DNA of 64,000 nucleotides from Guillardia theta CCMP2712. Lineage: Eukaryota; Protista; Cryptophyta. The translations under genes were made by a program, and so were the position numbers. Below are positions 21,830 through 34,390 of the stretch, in pieces. Position 1 is the first letter of the stretch. Each line of letters opens with the position of its first letter. The stretch is taken from positions 17,379-81,378 of the forward strand of contig NW_005434627.1 in NCBI RefSeq assembly GCF_000315625.1, given 5' to 3'. The notes beneath the pieces are model-generated. The model saw only the letters and a program-made list of their open reading frames with translations. It did not search any database and was not told where the DNA came from.

Positions 21830-22420
21830 ATGTCCCTCCCTGCCATGCCCAGCTCTGACAATGACCCCCCTGATGCCTCCATCCGCGTCTACCCTCGCCG
21901 TCGACACAGCGTCCAGCGGCCCATGTCGGCAGTGGAAGTGACGCGTAGCGACCTTGAGAGTCTGTTTCATGTCAAGCAGGAGCAAGCAGCCGCCTCGCTG
22001 GTGAGGGAGACACGACGACAAGGAGGAGGCTGGAGGGTGTCACTGACTTGTATGCAGGGCTTGTCGCTGACGGCCTTCAGAGGCGCCTGCCGCCGTCTCG
22101 GGATCACGCGCTGGCCTTACAACAAGGGGAAAGAAGCTTCTTCGCTACGGAGGATAGGACGGGAAGAAGGCAGCGGCAGCAACAGTGACGAGGGCGAGGG
22201 CGAGAGCGAGGGCGAGGGCGAGGAGGGGACAGGAGCTGCTCGAGGCAGCAGGGGTCACGAAGGGCTTTCGCGCGCGTTCATCGAGTGGTTCCTGTCAAGA
22301 CCGAACGAGATGGAGGAGGACTGCTGGGAGAGCCTGAGCTTCCAGCGTGGTAGCCGTGGGCTCTCTCAGCTTGTAACCTCGACTGAGCCTCAGATGTACA
22401 GAGGTGGGACCGTGAGATAA
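21830..22420 (+). CDS. RWP-RK domain protein (copy A)
   Basis: Removing an in-frame 57-nt GT-AG intron (22001-22057) gives LESLFHVKQEQAAASLGLSLTAFRGACRRLGITRWPYNK. Confidence 0.88.
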   Translation: MSLPAMPSSDNDPPDASIRVYPRRRHSVQRPMSAVEVTRSDLESLFHVKQEQAAASLVRETRRQGGGWRVSLTCMQGLSLTAFRGACRRLGITRWPYNKGKEASSLRRIGREEGSGSNSDEGEGESEGEGEEGTGAARGSRGHEGLSRAFIEWFLSRPNEMEEDCWESLSFQRGSRGLSQLVTSTEPQMYRGGTVR

Positions 22421-23191
22421 GAGCAGGTCGCAGTGAGCAGTTGAAGCCAAAGCCGGTGGTTGATAGTGAAGTACACAATACAGCAATCTACCAAACGTGA
22501 CATCTGGTCGTGAGCATCAGTATGTCCTTCGCTTGCTGTTATCCTTGTGCCTGTCTTTCTTCTTCCCTCCAGCTCCCTCGTTTCATCAACACAAAACTGA
22601 AGAAGAGAAGAAAGAATGAACAATCATCATCGCGATGGACAGACTGATGAAATTCATTCAAAGTCGAGTGCGTGCGACTGAGACAAACGATGGACAGACA
22701 ACTGAAGCTACAGACACTGTCCTGGTCCATCCACCTAAGAACAAACAAGATAGGAATAAGGTCGGCCCTGGGTGAAGAGCTGCAGCTCTATTTAGCACCC
22801 ACCACCTTGTCAAAGGTACTCTGCTCGATGTGGTTTGTTGATGGCAAACCCCAGAGGCCGATGAGCTCCTTGACAAGCATCAGTGCTATCTTGATCTCCC
22901 GCTCGCTGCTCTCGCGATACTTCTCCTCGGTGACCTTGCAGCCAGATCCCTGACGGCCGCCACACTGAGCCGGAAGAAAAACTCCTTCTCCTCAATCTTC
23001 AAGGCACAGTTCTGCTCGGGGGAGCAAGACCCGTAGGCTGGCTGCATCAGCTAGATCCCTGGTAGGCCCATTCAGATCAAAACTGTGCCGATGTTGTGCC
23101 ATGGAAAGACTTCCGCTGCAACTGATTGAACAGTCGGAACAGCCCGCAAAAACCTCAGCATGCAGCTGACAGCTGATACTCCGATGTTGTT

Positions 23192-23921
23192 TCAAAGGTC
23201 CTCTACAAGTAAGCTGAGAGCTGAGTTGAGCTGACTGCCTCTTGAGCGGTCCTCAGTCGAGGTTACAAGCTGAGAGAGCCCACGGCTACCACGCTGGAAG
23301 CTCAGGCTCTCCCAGCAGNNNNNNNNNNNNNNNNNNNNNNNNNNNNNNNNNNNNNNNNNNNNNNNNNNNNNNNNNNNNNNNNNNNNNNNNNNNNNNNNNN
23401 NNNNNNNNNNNNNNNNNNTCCATCTCGTTCGGTCTTGACAGGAACCACTCGATGAACGCGCGCGAAAGCCCTACCCTGACCCGAGAGGCCCGAGCAGCCC
23501 CGGTCCCCTCCTCGCCCTCGCCCTCGCCCTCGCCCTCGCCCTCGCCCTCGCCCTCGCCCTCGTCACTGTTGCTGCCGCTGCCTTCTTCCCGTCCTATCCT
23601 CCGTAGCGAAGAAGCTTCTTTCCCCTTGTTGTAAGGCCAGCGCGTGATCCCGAGACGGCGGCAGGCGCCTCTGAAGGCCGTCAGCGACAAGCCCTGCATA
23701 CAAGTCAGTGACACCCTCCAGCCTCCTCCTTGTCGTCGTGTCTCCCTCACCAGCGAGGCGGCTGCTTGCTCCTGCTTGACATGAAACAGACTCTCAAGGT
23801 CGCTACGCGTCACTTCCACTGCCGACATGGGCCGCTGGACGCTGTGTCGACGGCGAGGGTAGACGCGGATGGAGGCATCAGGGGGGTCACTGTCAGAGCT
23901 GGGCATGGCAGGGAGGGACAT
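23192..23921 (-). CDS. RWP-RK domain protein (copy B, inverted paralog of copy A; spans an assembly gap)
   Basis: Nearly identical to 21830-22387, including the intron. Interrupted by an N-run (23319-23418). If frame is preserved across the gap it ends ..STEDRSRGSQLNSALSLLVEDL* at 23192. Confidence 0.75.
23319..23418. other. Assembly gap (N-run)
   Basis: Run of 100 N. Confidence 0.99.
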
Positions 23922-24073
23922 GCAGGAGCAGGTGCGTGCGTGGAACGGGGCACCAGCGCTTATATGGGGTTGACCACTAGCGACCTTTTCAAGTCGGTCA
24001 CGTTGCACCATGGCCTGTATTATTACTCATCGTACTGGTACTAATAACCCGGCGGGCCGCATTGTCGCCAGAA

Positions 24074-24173
24074 NNNNNNNNNNNNNNNNNNNNNNNNNNN
24101 NNNNNNNNNNNNNNNNNNNNNNNNNNNNNNNNNNNNNNNNNNNNNNNNNNNNNNNNNNNNNNNNNNNNNNNNN
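24074..24173. other. Assembly gap (N-run)
   Basis: Run of 100 N. Confidence 0.99.
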
Positions 24174-24476
24174 TTTCTCCCTACCGGTTCACCCCCACCA
24201 TCCTCTCCTCCATGGTCATCAACGCAATAAGTACTGTATCGCTATCTTCCACTCTACTATCTTCCACCCTCACTCCTCGCCTCCTGTTGCCTCTTTACTA
24301 TTCCCTCCTGCCTCTCTTGTTTCCTTTCCATGTTTTTTATCACTGCAGTCGCTTACAGCATTTTTATTGCCCACAATGGCATACATTCCTCATCTCCCCT
24401 CCTTCCCTGCATCCTGATGTTTCCTCCAGACTATTTCTCCCTTCCGTGTCCCGGCGACTGAACTTGCCACACCCAG

Positions 24477-26151
24477 GTGCAGGGGGAGGCCCCGCCCGAG
24501 CGAGCGCATCATGCGGGTGCCATGGTGGAGAAAGACCTGCTCGTCATCCATGGCGGTAAAGACCGGCTTCTCCTCCTCCCAGTTCTCACGAGGGAGCAGG
24601 TGAGAATGATGACGTCGCCATGTCGGACACGTGGGCAGGTCAGCCGTGGACGGGGCGATCGCGTTTCACTTTCATGGTGGGCAGGTAAAATATCAGAGGA
24701 GGCAGTGAGTTGGACCAGGATCGCCAAGAGCAGAGAGCTTCATGCCAGGTGGGTCTGTGGGGACAGAGGACGAGCGGAGATGATGCTCAGAGAGCCTGTT
24801 CATGCTCCTTCTATCCAGCGGCATCGGTTTGAACGTGTCACAGGCAGGGGCATGTAGCAGCTGCTCATGAGGGGAAATGCTTCATTTTTGGCGGCGTCGA
24901 CATGATGAAAACCTTTGACGGTAATGCGCATGAGTGCTTGTGCTCGTCTTGACAGCTCACCACTGGCAGAGCTGCACGTTCTTGACCTACGCAGCTCCGA
25001 GGAGTGGATGACCCCGAGGACTTCTGGTTTACCTGCTCACGTTCTGCATCCAAAGTCTTGTCGCTGACACAATATGCCAGGAAGGCGCCCGACGGCAAGG
25101 GGGAACCATGGGCTAGCTGTGCGTGAGGACGTGAGGACTCTGGCGTGCCGGGGGAGGAGGAGGGCTGAGAGCTGCGGTAGATGCTGTATGTCTATGGGGG
25201 TTTCGACGGAATCCAACACTTGAACGACATGTAAGATTCTTCTGCTCCTCTTCCTCTGCACCGGCAGTCGCTGAGCATGACGAGGCAGGTACATGCTCGA
25301 CCTTCGATCTATGACATGGCAGCTCCTCCTCCCTCATGCTGCTGATCGACAGCCATATCCCTTGTCGCAGGTACAGGCAGTCTCAGCATGTTCGCTCCAC
25401 CTCCGCCCTCCTCGTGCATCCCCTGACAAGCTCCACATCAGCACGTCCTGCTGCCATGGGATGACAAGCTGATCAGCTTTGGCGGGATGTCCTCAGCCAA
25501 TCATGAGAGCGACGCCCCTGTCAGCGCCATCGACTTCTTCTCGTGCAGTGATCACGTAAGTCTCCTCTCCTCCTCTCCTTCTCTCCTCCTCTCCTCCTCT
25601 CCTCCTCTCCTCCTCTCCTCCTCTCCTCCTCCCTTCTCACACCCGCATGTCCTGCAAGACCTGGGATCCTGCTGCGCAGCAGGTCGGCAGCGAGTACAGG
25701 AGGAGCACTCCGGCTGCATGGTAGAAGATGCTGTTGCCCTTGCTGCCGATGACGTCACTCGAGTGTTTTCGCGGGAAAGTCTCCCTCCATCTTGGTGGTC
25801 GGTGGCTGGACTGCTGATCATCCGCACCCCGAGATAGCGAGCGAGGCCTTCTGGTACTCGTTGGAGGACAAGTCATTGACATCGAGCACGTGGAGCAAGG
25901 GGTGAGCTGTGAGCTCGGTGGACATGGTGAGGGGTCAGTGAGCGCTGGACCTTGCAGGACGGACAAGGAAGTTTTCAGCCGCGTCGGGATGTCTCTGAAC
26001 TCATTTGGTGACTTGCAGTTGACCGCTGACAGGATCTGACGACACGGGATGGTGGGCAGGCAGAGGAAGGGAAGATGAATGCTTCATGTTTGGGGGATGG
26101 GACGGGTTCTTCAACCGCTACAATGATTTGTATCGTGTCAACAGAGAATGA
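24477..26151 (+). CDS. Kelch-repeat (beta-propeller) protein, multi-exon, 5' end unresolved
   Basis: Repeated Kelch motifs in successive short exons: PPERAHHAGAMVEKDLLVIHGG, KCFIFGGVD, LYVYGGFDGIQHLND, KLISFGGM and ECFMFGGWDGFFNRYNDLYRVNRE*. Confidence 0.8.
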
Positions 26152-26217
26152 ATGGTTCCTGTTATCGTCGAATCTCAACTTGCCCGTCACGGTTCGCCCG
26201 TTCTGCTGGCCAAGGTC

Positions 26218-27578
26218 TCACTCGTGCTCAGCAATCAACTCCTCGCGCAGATTCGCCTCTCCCTCCATGGAGTGCATGACAACAGGCTTCAGATCTGCGG
26301 CCTCGTCGTCTGTCAGCGACTGCTGCTTTTTGTCATCCCTGTAGTGCATGAAGATATATGTTGCAATGCCGGCCTGCCGGAATGAAACCAGTCCAGGTCA
26401 GGGGCAGCAGGCACGGGGAGCAAGACTCGTACCTGACACGTCACAAATCCGATCACGTTGAACATGGTCAGGTGGTCGCCGAACACAACAATCCCCGCAG
26501 CGATGGTGCAGATCTCCTTGAAGACCGAGCCCACCGACACCGCCAGGGAGGAGGTGTTGCGGACGAGCACAAACTCGATGACCATGAGGCAGAAGACAAG
26601 GATGGAGCTGAAGAAGAGGGAGGCGGAGAGGATGAGGTAGTACGAGGGCGGCGAGCAGCAGGCGCGCAAGACTGCCACGACCCCCCCGGATTCGAAGATG
26701 ATGGTGGCAGGAAGCAGGGCCAGGCTGACTAGAGGAGAAGTGTAGAGAGTCATCGTCAGAGGAGACAGCCGAGGTCTCGCTGAGCGGCGAGCGGGCTTCT
26801 CCTCCCCCTCCCCCTCCCCCTCCCCCTTGCCTGCAAGGTGATGGTAGCTTTCAAACATTCCCTGCAGCAGCAACTGAGTCAGCGCCCAGCGGAGGCCCCC
26901 CATGAAGACGGCGACGAAGGCAACGATGAAGCCTGTCCACTGGAAGTCGATCTGCCCCCAGGAAGCGATCGCAAGCCCTCCACAGATGGTGACGAGCGAA
27001 AAAAGTAGGACGCAACTGAACTTCTCGAGCTTGAAGAAGAGAGCGAAGATCATGACCGAGAAGGGACCTCCTGCCTTCACCATCTGCGCGAACGACACGG
27101 ACAGCAGCTTGAGCGCGTAGTTGGTCCCTCCGATCTCCAGCGCCGTCACCAGGGAGATGGGAATGATGCAGTATCGGAACTGGGAGGCAGTCACTTCATC
27201 CACCCGAACTCCCGGCATCTTTGACACGACGAACGCATGCAGCGCCATCAGGCCATTGACGCACGCTGTGACTGCAAGCGGGTACGGGAAATGCCCCTGA
27301 ACACCTCGAGTCACCCACCGCACAGGTGCGTCAAACGCAGATCAAGGGGTCGACCTTGCTGGAGACGAGGAACTTGACGTTCAGGATGACAGCAGTAGAG
27401 ATCGCAAACCTAGTATTGGTGCTAGTCAGTCAGCAGGCGAGGCAGACTGAGATGCCTCCTACCATACGAGGTAGAGCGATCCGTTGACGACGTATCTGAG
27501 CCCCACGCTTGACCATTGCGCAGTGTCGAGGCATTCACGCTGACAAGCAGGAGCTCGGTCAGATCGATTCGTTGTCAT
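26218..27578 (-). CDS. Nucleotide-sugar/triose-phosphate transporter family protein (SLC35C2-like, EamA/TPT)
   Basis: Spliced sequence LYLVWFAISTAVILNVKFL..GHFPYPLAVT..NYALKLLSVSFAQMVKA..LRWALTQLLLQ..TSSLAVSVGSVFKEICTI; many TM helices; ends ..EELIAEHE*. Confidence 0.88.
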
Positions 27579-28089
27579 GGTCTCTGACATCAACAAAGCG
27601 TTACCCTCTCAGCAGGAGACTCGTCCTCCAGCTCCGCATGCATGTCAGAGGCTTGCAGAAGTGCTGCGTGCAAGTCAGCAGATCACGACATGCAGTAAGG
27701 CTTGTTTCTGTAACCTGATGAGATCTCCCCATCGTGATCTCTCGCTTCGTGAAATTCGTTTCTTGATCCCTTCCCCATTCCAACGTGCAAGTCACATAAA
27801 CCACTGCAGATCCTGTGCTCTATTCGACATCGCGTCCTTCACCATGTTGCGCTTACTGGAAGCTGTTTGTTGCTGACCGACTCAGCCTCAGTGATCAGCC
27901 AAACTTTGAACCGTGCCGCGTCCTCTCTTGTTGTGTCCAGTGTGCACTTGTCCTCTCCTCTCCTCTCCTCTCCTCCTCTTCTTCCTCACATAAACTTCAT
28001 CCCAGCCTGCATTCGGGCCCCCACACTGCCCCCCAGCCCAGCCCACCCCCACCCCCACCTGTTCCATTTCTCAACCACCCCCTTCCTCA

Positions 28090-28450
28090 GGCCTGCCTCA
28101 GAGACTTCCCCGGCTGGGCCGCGCCCGCCCGGCCGGGCCGCGCGGCCGGGCGCCGGCGCCAACCGTTGAACGCCGGGACCACGGCGTCACTACTGAGTTA
28201 CCCGGCCGGCCAGGGCCACCTGACAGTCACGAGTCCGACACTGACCGGCGGCGGCGGCCGCCCCGGGCCCCGGTCACAGTGGCTGTGTGCCGCCCTCCGA
28301 GTCCGACTCGACTCAGCGGCCGCAGTGCCGCAGTGAGTCAACTGAGGATTCCGAGTCAGTTTCCGATTCCACTTCAAGTTTTCCGGCCCATTGCCGGGGC
28401 AGTGGCTCTGTCATTTTTGTGACGGCGGAATTGAAATTGAGACGGTTTGT
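28090..28450. repeat. GC-rich intergenic island between divergent genes
   Basis: Same vocabulary as the other islands. Confidence 0.6.
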
Positions 28451-28698
28451 TCATACGTTCAGTACCCCAGCAGAGAGATCAAACTATCAACAATTTTCAG
28501 TTAACTATGTTTCCTATACTGGGGGCACTTGGAACCCTCTCATTACCTCTGATTTTTGGGCCAAAATTGGGGAAAGTGGAGGTGGGGTGGATCCGGTGGA
28601 AATGGAGATGGCGGAGCGGCGTGATATGGGCGTGGTGGGGAGATGAGATGGAGAGCGGGAGGGAGAAGATGGACCGAATGTATGAATACACAAGAACG

Positions 28699-30153
28699 AT
28701 GAATCTGCTTTCTTTCGTAGTGCTCTGTTCGATCCAAGGCGTGGATTCCTTCGGATGGAGTAGTTTCTCGACAAGTCTTGGTCACCCAGGATCACTATGC
28801 AGATCGTTGGCAGCATGTCCACAATATCGGCCAGTCCTCGGTCGAGGATCTCTCAGTCTTGGTAATAAGACTTCGAAGTCATGGCATACATTTGGAGAAA
28901 CGACAAAGGTGTCAGTACAGTGCATGAGTACTGAGCAAGAAACGAGAATTCACAAACAAGAGGCTTCGATGGCCAACTCGAGCACATCTAGGCATGTTCC
29001 AATCAATCCACGGCGACAACCCGGCAATGGAACATCTTTGCGACTTTCTTTGCTTCAGAGACGTGTGGCTGCAGCTGAAAGAGCTGTAGTTGTGTCGCAG
29101 GTGAGGAAGATACAAAAACAGACGTCATTGGCCGAGAACCGGAAGAAGATCAGAACGTTGTCCACACGAGATGTTGAATGGCTGAAAAGCAAACGGGGCA
29201 TGAGACTGAGGACAGAGATGTCCCAGGAGAGGATCGTGCGCGCACAGTCGCAAGTGAGAAACGTGGCCGAGAGGAAGGAAGTGTTGGACCTGTTCGTCAG
29301 TGCTACCTCCAGAGCTCTATCAAGAGGGCTGATGGAGCCTGAATCTCCCTTGAGAACAAGCGTGCTAGCAGGAAACAAGGGCTTCGATCCCTGCTGCGTT
29401 GCATCCAGAGACTTGTGGTCTGGAGAGAGACTGCCCGAGGCAGACGACAGTTCCTTGGTCACCTTGGCTGAATCCGAGATTCGTCATGCGAGGCTTGCTA
29501 TGTTGGCCATTGTCGGAGGCCCTGCGTCTGAAACGATCAAGAAAACACTTGAGTGGGATGGCTGGGGGCTTTCAAGGACACCAGAGTTCGAAGGACAGAA
29601 GTTCATGGTAGGGGCGCTGGCAGTCTTCCTGGTGAGTAAGGGGATGAGTGCTTGTTCAGTCTTGAAGAAGTTGCGATAGTTGATGGAGGTGCTGGGAAAG
29701 CGTCAATGGAAGCAGGGGAGGAGGATAGGGTACTGGCACCCTGTTTCAGCTGGGAAGTGCGACGATGATTACGTAAAGGTAGTCATATGCGATGCTCCCG
29801 TCTTGACCTGCAATTGCTGTCAGGTGCCGGGCGATGCAAGCTTCGATCCCCTTGGTATCTACAGAAGAATGACGTCGGATGATGCAAGATATCTGATGCG
29901 ATACCGAGAGCTGAACAATGGCAGGCTTGCGATGGTATGGAGCTAGGATGCTTCCTTGCTAGCACCCGATCTGATCGCTCCTCGGCGCAGGTTGGGTTCC
30001 TTGTTTGGGTCTTGGAGAGGATGTTTAGCCTTGTCAAGACCGATCCTTTCCCATGGTTCCTCGACTTGTGCTGCGCGTCAATCTTGCTCCTGACACCTTC
30101 CTTGCAGGAAGTACACTCTCAGCTACGCTCCTCTTTGGCACTGGGTCAAATGA
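28699..30153 (+). CDS. Light-harvesting complex (LHC/chlorophyll a-b binding family)-like protein with long N-terminal extension
   Basis: Signal peptide MNLLSFVVLCSIQGVDS|F. Helix-1 region GNKGFDP..ESEIRHARLAMLAIVG. Helix-3 region VPGDASFDPLG..YRELNNGRLAMVGFLVWVLE after splicing. Ends PWKYTLSYAPLWHWVK* at 30153. Confidence 0.85.
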
Positions 30154-30544
30154 ACCTCCCAGGCCTTGGCGGGTGTCTACAGCCTGGCATCCGCGCAGAC
30201 TTAAGCGACCGTTAGCGCCTGGCCCAGAACCTGAACAGTCCGGTGACGGGCCTCGTTTGCGAAAATTATTCAGCTTGGCACAGATCGAAGATCGGGTTGA
30301 AGTGGATTGATGCCCATGATGCTTCAAGGCCGTGGCTCTCAGAGCCTCACTGGATTGTTTTGAGGATTCGCGCCAGCATAGCGATGTTCCCTCGCAGAGT
30401 TTCACGGCCGGAAGGCTCCAAATCCCCGGGCTGAGAACGGCGAGCGCTACGACTGACCAGTACATGGCACGGACTGGGACTGCACAAGTCACTGGCAGCG
30501 GAACCCGAGCGGCTGCAGCAGCATCACTGTCAAGCACTGCCAGG

Positions 30545-31450
30545 TAGGAAGCCACTGATCAGTGAAGGGTCACAGAGCCGTCGAAGGCTCCCGGGGCTCT
30601 CGATGATGATTCCGCCCCGGGCGGCGATGTAAGGCGCGGCCCGGGGCAGCCGCTGAGCCGTGCCGGACTCGGCAGTGAGATCGGACTTGCCTGGACCGGT
30701 CCGACCCTGGCAGTACGGTAGACTCGGAGACTGCAGGCTATCATATGCCTTGAAGCGGCGCCGCGACCGCCGGGATACCTGAAGTAGTCCGCCGCTCGTC
30801 CGCGGCTGAACAGGCTTCCGTCCGTCATCAGTGCCGGGCATTTCAAGCGAGCGGCGGCCGGCCGGGCGGCTTCAAGCCTCTGACAGGCCGCCGGGCTCCC
30901 ACCGTGGAAGCCGCCGGAGACTTCAACTTGCCGGGGGGAACTTGGGGAGACGGTGCCGGGCGGCCGCGTCGCACGGACCCGCGACCGTGACCGGTGCTCG
31001 TGATCGGAACTGCGGCTCCGCGACTCAGTCACAGTTGGCCGGGCTCGCGGCCCGGCCAACTGGACTCCGGAGCCGCCGCGGCCCGGTATGATCACGCTGC
31101 CCGGCGACTCCCGACACCGTGCTGAGGATCGGACGGCGACCCGGGCCAGGCTCACTGAGTCACGGTGCGTACGTCACAGTACCCGGTAGGGCCTCGGTAT
31201 GACAGTGGCGAGTGGCCGGTCAAGTTCAGAGTCAAGCTTCACTGTCCGCGAGCCTTCATTGCGCGGCCCGGCGCGTGACTGTTCGCGGCCGGGCAGAGGG
31301 CCGCTGAGGACGGACCGTCCGATCGCCTCCCGGCAAGTCACAGTGACGCCCGGGGCCGCCGCGCTCCGACTGCCGGGCCCAGTCAAGCCAGCCTTAGTCA
31401 GTACAGCGGCGACGGTACCGTACCGTGGCTACGCCTAGGCTTACGGTACA
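30545..31450. repeat. GC-rich intergenic island
   Basis: Same vocabulary as the other islands. Confidence 0.65.
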
Positions 31451-33874
31451 GTGCCATTGAATACAACTACTCATTACGTTCGCTTATAGCTTTAGTTAAT
31501 TCTCGATCCTGTCCTTCTGGTACTAATCATGGACACGGCTCTAATTGCAATTTGTACCAGTCCTTCCCCCCCTGATGGCGCCTGGGGGTCTTCTGCCCTT
31601 GCCTGGAGTAGACCCCACCCTCACTCTCCCATGGGAAAAGAGTAGGTCGGGTGGGCGACTTGGCTGGGGCAAGGGTAGGTTGTGAACCTTTTATTCCAAG
31701 TATTTGCATGCAGAAATTTGTATCGGCGGCGTGCTATTCTTAGATTCAAACTGTACTGCATGACGACAATAAAATCAATTCTACACGCCTTCGTGGTACA
31801 AGAACAGTACCGAAAATCCTATCGACCCACCCATGCTTTTCTCTGTTGGATACAGGAGGCATAACCCCTGGTCAGAGGCGTGTATTCAAAATTTGAACTT
31901 TAACGTAAGGTACCCACCCTTGCTCATGTGTCATAATTCCACAAAACAGGAGGGTGGTCGATACGGCACTCAATCTTGGGATCAGGGGGTGGGTGGTAAG
32001 GAATCCCCAACCCATCCCTCCCTCTCGATGCATGATGAATGTTGCCCATCCAGCGACCATCAGGCTACTGAAAGATGCCAAGACCAACATGGTGACAGAG
32101 GTCAAACATGAGAATCAAAGATGGTGGGTTTGAGTGGTATGCATGCTCACTTTGCAACTCTGATACTTTAGTGACAGATCCTGCTTCCCGGCGAGCAGTC
32201 ATCGTGCATGGATCAGGATGCCCAAAGCTCTGCCCTTTTCAACGCTGCACTTGCACATATTACATGTGGTGATGCACTCAGGTTGGCATTGCTACTCCAC
32301 ATACAGGTTGATGACAGACGTTATATTGTCTAGATTGTTTCGAACCCCAATTCCAGCTTGAACAACATTGTTGAAGACGTGCAAACTGTTAGCGGCAATC
32401 TGTTTCTCAAAAACAGATCCCATCACGAATCACGGTGAGGCTGAGATCAAGTGAAGATTGATCTTCTCATGTTTGTGTATCAGGTAAGCATCGTGCATCC
32501 ACATGAACAAGCAACACGGCATTTTTTTCCTTGGCACCTTCCTTCCTAGCAGAACAATGAACACATGTAAGATATTACATGCTCGTGACGATATCGACAG
32601 CAGACAAGTTTTACGACAAAAGAAAATTATGTAGGGATGATCTAAGTGTATCGAATACTTGCTGTTGGTGCTCAACATGTGGAGAAAAGACGATTTGAAT
32701 GAATTCATGAGAATTCATGACAGTGGATCACTTCTGAAGCAACGTATCTCAATGTTGCATACATAGCTTGACTTCATATCCTTACATCGTGAAAGTTGAC
32801 AACCTGTATGGAGTGAGCTTTTCTGCGTCACATCATCATGCTGAGATCTGCATGCAACTTTCCAGCGCAGTTGCAGAGTCATGTGCACAGGAGTTCTCTT
32901 GCAAGTAAACTAATTCCAGATCATGCTTAATGAAATGCGTACCGTCTGTTGATGCCTTGACCGAGAACAATCGTGTTACAGAGTATTGCTACTCGCTGCA
33001 TGCGAAGCTGCTACTGTCTACAACACTCTAGAGTTCTGAACATCATATCAGTCCACAGCATGCAGGTTGCAAGGTTCCGAACGAACCACGCTTCAAAGCA
33101 GGGCCATGAGCTTTGAATCATGCTTGATAGAACACGTACACTCAGCTCAGTTCATGCTTTCGTGACCCTAGTTGGATGTTCATACACCTTGCCAATACCC
33201 GTGAAACATGTTGCCTCTCCCATTCAAATGTATACTGTAAATCTGAGGCACAAAATTTCTAACATCAAATATCTTGAACTATGCAAAATCAAAATCCTTG
33301 ATTACACTATGATGAGGCAAGAGCAGGATGCTCGTTGTCCCATCTTGTTTGTGAGGGCACGAGTGAAGGTTGAGCTGCTTTGACAAACAGCACTGGATAT
33401 CTAGTGCAATACTTTACATCTCAAGCATTTGTTTATTGATAAAACATAACATTGTCGACTATGCGAATGAAAAATCATCACAGCAACACTTGGATGGTGC
33501 TTGATTCTGAACTTGCAAGATTAGATTACGATAAGGATGATTGTATTCACAAAAGCAATACAACGACCGTGTTATCAAGATATCTCATCGACATTAACTT
33601 CGAATCTTGATGGTCTATCCGTCTTCGTCATTGATTAGCGTTGTGCATATCCCTGCACCATCGCGAGAGGGCTGAAGGGAGGGGGGAGGGGCTCGGGGGG
33701 TCTACCATCATAAAATGCTGGACTCTTAAAAGTATTGTAATTTGTACCATTAAAACAAATAAATTAGTATTACAGGACCCACCCCTGTGCATTTCCCTCT
33801 TCAAACTCTACCACGCCTGTATCAAAGCCCCACAGGAAAAAGAACCCCAAAACCAACAAGCGAACGTAATGTAG

Positions 33875-34390
33875 GCTGAGAACTAGGCCGCCGTGACTGA
33901 CTCAGTGAGTTGAGTTCAGCCTTCACAGGCCCCCCGGAGCCTGTGTGGCATTGTGCCAGCCGCTGGCATGACTCGTAACTTCCGGGCCCTCCGTCGGAGA
34001 GTCCGGGCCCGGCCCCCAAGACTCCGAGCCAAGTTACTGGCCGCGCCCAAGTGACTCAGTGCCATCATCGGGGATCGGACCGTACGGCGGCGGCGGGGAC
34101 CCGGCGTCACTCACCGTCTCAGGCCACACAGTCCGATCACCGTTGGCACACAGCCTCGGCGGCGGCGTGATCTCAAGTTCCCGGTGTGGCTCGGCGGCGC
34201 GGCGGGTCCGTAACCGCCGGAGTCTGACTCTGCCCTTCGTTCTGATAGTGCCTCCCGGGCACGGCGCGGCCGCATTCCGAAGTTCACCCGCCCGGCCCCC
34301 GGGGCGCGGGCGCCGGAGTCGCCGGGACTCGGCCGGGTGACTCGCCGGGCCGGCCGGAGGCGAGGCGGACCCGGTGTCACATTGACGCGC
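33875..34390. repeat. GC-rich intergenic island
   Basis: Same vocabulary as the other islands. Confidence 0.65.
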
